Of a stretch of DNA of 64,000 nt, positions 58,701 through 64,000 are shown one piece after another. The notes under the pieces were generated by a model. That model did no database searches and had not been told where the DNA came from. It was given only the letters and a program-made list of their open reading frames with translations. The translations under genes and the position numbers were made by a program. Source of the stretch: Azolla caroliniana. Taxonomy: Eukaryota > Plantae > Polypodiophyta. The stretch is taken from contig JBHGNT010000008.1 in NCBI GenBank assembly GCA_043228905.1, forward strand, positions 21,452,001 through 21,516,000, read 5' to 3'. Position 1 is the first letter of the stretch, and each line of letters starts with the position of its first letter.

Positions 58701-61700
58701 TAGTTTTGTTTTTTTATTTAAAACCTATACCTTTCTATACACTAGTGAAAGGGAGATAGTGTATATATGTAATGTTCAACCCTAGAGACGTTACTTCCTC
58801 TATAAATGGAGGCATGTGTATATGGAAATGCATCATGTTGATCTCATACTATATAGGCCAATCATGCATATGATGTTAATATTATTGTACCTTTTAGCTA
58901 TTGGGACGATCGTTATCAACATTGACCACATTTGACATAGTATTAATGTCTTTTTAAGGAAATAAGTATACCTACCAAGGTTGTAGTTTGATAACACTCA
59001 ATTGTATGCTTCCAACTCCAGATAATTACTAATTAAATTTACCATAAACAAAACTCTAAAATTGCCAACATAATGTGGGTCATACTTGTGAAAGAAAGCA
59101 AGTTGTCCAACAAAGACATGTTATATAAACAAATTATGTTAAGAATCTTTTGCAATATGAGCCTATACGACAACATCAACATACCCATCTCCCATTTGGG
59201 ACTTGACACATACTTGATTTCTAAAATTATGTGTCACGATAGATGGTGTGGCCTTGCATGTATTATTCTGTTATTGGATATATGCAATAAATGCCCGGTA
59301 AAGACATGCTTTGTGGTCTTGATTTCCTATTGAAAAATTGACAAATACTTTTTGGAGAGAAGGTGTCTCTACAATTTTCATTTATTTCAGATGCTACAAG
59401 ATTTAATCATGTCAACAAAGCAACTACTAAACCTTCCTTACGTTGATTTGACTTTGGTTTGATTGTGTGATCAACAACTTTTCAATATTGAAATCTCAAC
59501 AATATATTGGTGAGGGGTATATGTTACAAATGGAAACTTATTCGAAATTTTCATGGATGAAATGGATTGATAATCATCTCACATCTAACTTCATTAATGG
59601 GACCCATTTTGCCGATTAGGCCAATATTGATGAAATTTAAGAGAATTGAAACCATTATCCTACTAGCATGGCTAGTTTAGAGACTTTGATTCATTATTAT
59701 CGATTCTCAAGCATAGCTTAATAACGTTGAGAACATAAAGATATAAACATGTCAGTGTAGCTTTTTATGATTGTTCTCTACCATCATTGTTGTTTTTGGA
59801 CGTGTATGTCGAAATGCCTCGTTGATGCTTATTATGTTATTTGTATATTGCACAAACAAACTAGCAAACCCACATTATTATTATATTAAAAGGTTATCTC
59901 AACTTATAATATTCAAAGGTTACGAAACGATGTGGATGCACTTTTCGTGTGGATGTTAAAAGATCAATTGGAGAACTAACACAAGTGTCCATCTCTATAT
60001 ATGCCCAACATAGAGGTTGCGATCCAAATGCACCACATGAGGTATATCATTTAAAGGTGCATCTAAATGTCATAAAAATGTTGTATGGAGGATCTTTTTT
60101 ACGTTGGATATGTGTGACACATAACAAGGATAAGCATGAGAACAACTATTATCCATAAGGGCAAAGTTACATTGGTTGAGAGAGCCATGTATAGGTTCTT
60201 TATACTCATAAAGGAAGGTTATAACATGGCTAACAAGTTGATTGTTAAAAAATCTATAGTCGAAGATGATTGAGCTACAACGATACAAGAAGTGTATGCA
60301 TTGAAGTTAGACGATAAAGTAGTTTATGTTCAACCATATATTCCTACAAGGTTAAGTATGGAAACACTTGATGTGTATTAGATTATTAATCGAACAACAC
60401 ATGGCTGACTCACAAAAGGAGTTACCTTTGATTGATGATGTAGTAGGAACGCAAGGTCAAGGGAATTTAGTTGGTGCAACTGCCGACTTTGATGGTGATA
60501 AGGATGAATCAATATTTGCAACTATTTCCCTTCTTAAAGAAACTTCAAGTAATTTTGAAGAAGCCCTAGATTTTGTTACTATAGCCAATGTTTCTATTTG
60601 TAAGGGAAGAATGCTTGCATTATGTCATCAATTGAGGTAAGTTATTTCTCCTCCAATGATAAATCTACCTCAAAAAGGGAGTATTGGCAATTTGCAACAA
60701 ATGTAACTTTAAAATCAGTTTGGTAACAAAAGGTCTAGTGCATGCTCTGCAATACCTTTTAAAGATATAGGTTGTGCTCCAATCAATAAGGATAAATCCA
60801 TAGGAAGGCTTGTGTGGGGTATGCAAGGATCTAGAAAGAGGGATCATCTACTTAGACTTGTCAAACGTCGATGTCTGCATTGTGATTGCATTGGGTAAAA
60901 ACCAAACATCACATTGTAGTCACTATGATAGTATGTTGCCCTTAAATGACAATTCATTGTGATATCTCGATTGTTATCAGAACTTTGAAAGGCCCAACGG
61001 CATTGTTTGACAATGGGGTAGAGTGCATACAAGATGCTATAGTAGTTGATGTTCATTACCCAAATAGTGTGGGAGTACAATGGTTCACAATAATAAATAG
61101 CACAAGAGTACCACTCAGTAATGCTTATGTGTCAAAAGTTAGAATCCATGCCACATAGAATTATTGTCATAACAGTTTTGATCATTCATGAGATAATCCC
61201 ATTTTTCAGATTAGATTCTCATTCCTATGTACATATTTTGACGCATTCTTCACACTATGACTATATAGTGATGAATGATAACATTGTTTGGTGCCTTTGT
61301 AGAGTCCATTGCCTCGAGAAGAGGAGGTTTTGTAACTAGCATGGTGCAAACTTTTATCTTTTGCAAAAAGTATCCGAGTGAAACACTCTGTAATATATAT
61401 TCTTTTATAACTATACAAGCTATGTACACTTGAATATTGTATAAATATTCATTGAGAACATTATAACTTTTATAAATATATGAAAGTTAAGGAGATTTCT
61501 TTCAAACTTGAAGAGAAATATGTATAGAGGAAGATGAAGTTGATTATGTATGTCTATGTGGTTTGTTTATATTAAAAGATATGGGCAAGACTTAGGTTCA
61601 TTTGATTATACCAAGTATACAAACCTCGGGATAACACCCTGTTGAATATGGTGTTTTTCCATAACGGGGTAGCAACACTAACTTAAGTCTGTCATGTGGA

Positions 61701-62606
61701 TTGCACAACAACAATGCGTTATCTTTTATTGCCTTTCTAGATTTAAAGATGTAATACCCCTATGGAGACTTGGAATGAGAGTACAATAGAAGAATGTGAT
61801 TGAAATGCCATTTCGATTGTAATATGATGCAAGCAATGAGTTGAATGGGAGCACAATTCGATTGTAACAAGGGAGCATTTAATTATATTTACCTTAAGAG
61901 ATATATCTAGTGAGCAACGAGTTGAATGGGAGCATTTCAATAGAAACACATCGTGTCCTGCCTCACCTTCAAATGACACTCACATAATAGTTGCAAAATG
62001 ATTTTACAGTACTGGAGGTGAGAACAAATTCAAACTTACGAGGCTGAATCAAGATACTACACCAGCAGGTTGGAATTAATTACGTTATGACAACACCTCT
62101 ACAATTATCCAAAATTTTTCCTTTCCCAAACTTTCATATTGACAATAGTTAAACAACTTCTTAAGTAGAAACTCCATTTGAGTGTAAAAAACATCATCGA
62201 TATAAAAACTCTAAACCCATGCATTCATTCATTCTTTGTATCCATTAGCTTCCTGTATTCTTCCATAGTAATTGGCACTCAGCATTTGTTAAACCAGTTT
62301 GTTAAGCGGCTTATATGTCATGGACAATTTATGGGAGGAGTTTTAGCCATAGATGCTCCTTTAATAGTTTTGTAAAATATTTTGGTGTACCTATAAATAA
62401 TTTGGAAGGATGTGATGAAAACTATAACTTTTAAGTGAGATATTGAGAAACATAGCTCAAATGAAGGTGGTCACTGGTGATTATTTGCAATGAATAAAAC
62501 AAGGGTGACCTTGCCCACATATGTATTAGTATTTACGTAGAAAACTAGACTATTAGATAAGAAACGTGAGTTATGCAATGGTACATTGGAGTACAAAATA
62601 CAATGT

Positions 62607-62932
62607 GTCTGGCACAATAAAGCTTATTTCGTCCATGTCCCTCCAATGGATGAGGCATATTTTGTGAGGTTGAAGATTACTTCTCTTGATTATACATACA
62701 TAGGAGATGAAGGCATCACAATCTGGCAGAATAAAGTTTATTATGTTCATGCATCTACAATGAATGGGGCATATTTTGTGAGGTTGAAGATTACTTCTCT
62801 TGATTATACATTCATAGGAGATGAAGGCATCACAGTCTAGCACGATAAAGTCTATTATGTCCATGCATCTACAATGAATGGGGCATATATTTGTGAGGGT
62901 TGAAGGTTATTTCTCTTGATTATACCTACATA
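62607..62932. repeat. 114-bp tandem repeat, ~3 copies
   Basis: Units start at about 62611, 62725 and 62839 and share GGCATATTTTGTGAGGTTGAAGATTACTTCTCTTGATTATAC. Confidence 0.92.
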
Positions 62933-63111
62933 GTAGATTCATCACTATAGTTTCTCAAGTATCGTGTGTGTTTCTCTTCATTCGAAATTGCAGGAGTGCG
63001 ATTACGTAGGTGTGGAAATAGATTGGGCTCACACATACACGAGATGTGGATATGAACACTACTACACATTGCCATCTAATGTTGTTGTTTTTTAAACAAA
63101 TATTGTCAAAG

Positions 63112-63308
63112 AAATCCATTCAACTTCTTGGTCAGTTGACACCCGCCTCTTCGAACCCATTCTTGGACGGCCAATCTTTGTGGCACAACAACATATTAAT
63201 GTTTGTATGGGGACATGAAATCCATACAACTTCTTAGCCAATTGACAATCTTCAAACTCATTCTTGGTTGGCCAATCTTTGTGGCACGACAACATATTCA
63301 TGTCTGCA
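63112..63308. repeat. ~106-bp tandem duplication
   Basis: AAATCCAT.CAACTTCTT...GGCCAATCTTTGTGGCAC.ACAACATATT occurs twice. Confidence 0.85.
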
Positions 63309-63387
63309 GATAATTTCTACTACTCGTTGCCATAACTTTGCATCTTTTTTGCAAATCTGTCCCAACAATGACGAAGTAGCTATGGGC

Positions 63388-63800
63388 CTAGTTTGTTTCG
63401 GTTTCTTTGTCTTTAAACCAAACCAAATCATATATGAAACAAAACCAAACCAAACCACGATGAACTCCAAAGCCACTTAAACCAAACCATTTAAGAAAAG
63501 ATAAACCAAACCATTTAGGGAAAAGTTGAAAACGAATTGAACAATTTAATTACAAATTAAAACCTAGCAATTTAACCTAAATTAATTAAAAATAAATAAA
63601 TTAACAAGAATACGTTAAATAAAATAAACATTTTAGTCAAATTAATATAAGTTAAACTAATTAAATTTATAAAAAACATTACCTAAACCATTACATTAAT
63701 AAACTATTAAGAAAATAAAAATAGCTAACCATTAAGTCGAAACCACTTAAACAACTAAACCCAAGTTTTAGAACCAAATTGAACTAAAACAAAATCGTTT
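63388..63800. mobile_element. Degenerate AAACC-rich MITE-like remnant
   Basis: Dense AAACC/AACCA motifs flank an AT-rich core, resembling the architecture of 52905-53250. Confidence 0.45.
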
Positions 63801-64000
63801 AATACATAGTTGTTAAAAAAAGCGTATTCTACGCTTGGAGTACATTTTAGAATACTCTGAAGTATTCTACACCTACTCTATGTTTTAGAACTGCTGTTTT
63901 TTTAAATTTGACGTATTCTATGCATTCTAAAAACTTGACGTATTCTAGGTATTTAACAAGTATTTATCATTTCAAAAAAATAAAATTTTATTAATAATTA

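Overview
AT-rich eukaryotic nuclear DNA from a land plant. It carries an intact radial spoke protein 3 gene, so the plant probably has flagellated sperm; a fern or similar seed-free plant is an inference. Manual splicing gives 8 genes in 1-46.8 kb, most fragmented or missed in the ORF track: a JINGUBANG-like WD40 gene (runs off the left edge), RSP3, a secreted GH9 endoglucanase, an uncharacterised 357-aa protein with an RPRAILSSPEND motif, serine racemase (one GC-AG intron), mitochondrial acyl carrier protein, a plastid-type PRC-barrel protein and a WVD2/TPX2-domain microtubule protein (one U12-type intron). From about 48 to 64 kb the sequence is a TE graveyard: a solo LTR with TSD, Copia and LINE remnants, and AACCG-rich MITEs. 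The most unexplained structure is non-coding: an 8-unit double-hairpin/(CTT)n array in the mtACP promoter, telo-box-bearing tandem arrays in the first introns of three genes, and duplicated splice sites that would create premature stops. No CRISPR, rRNA or tRNA was seen. I cannot claim a proven novel system; the findings are hypotheses.
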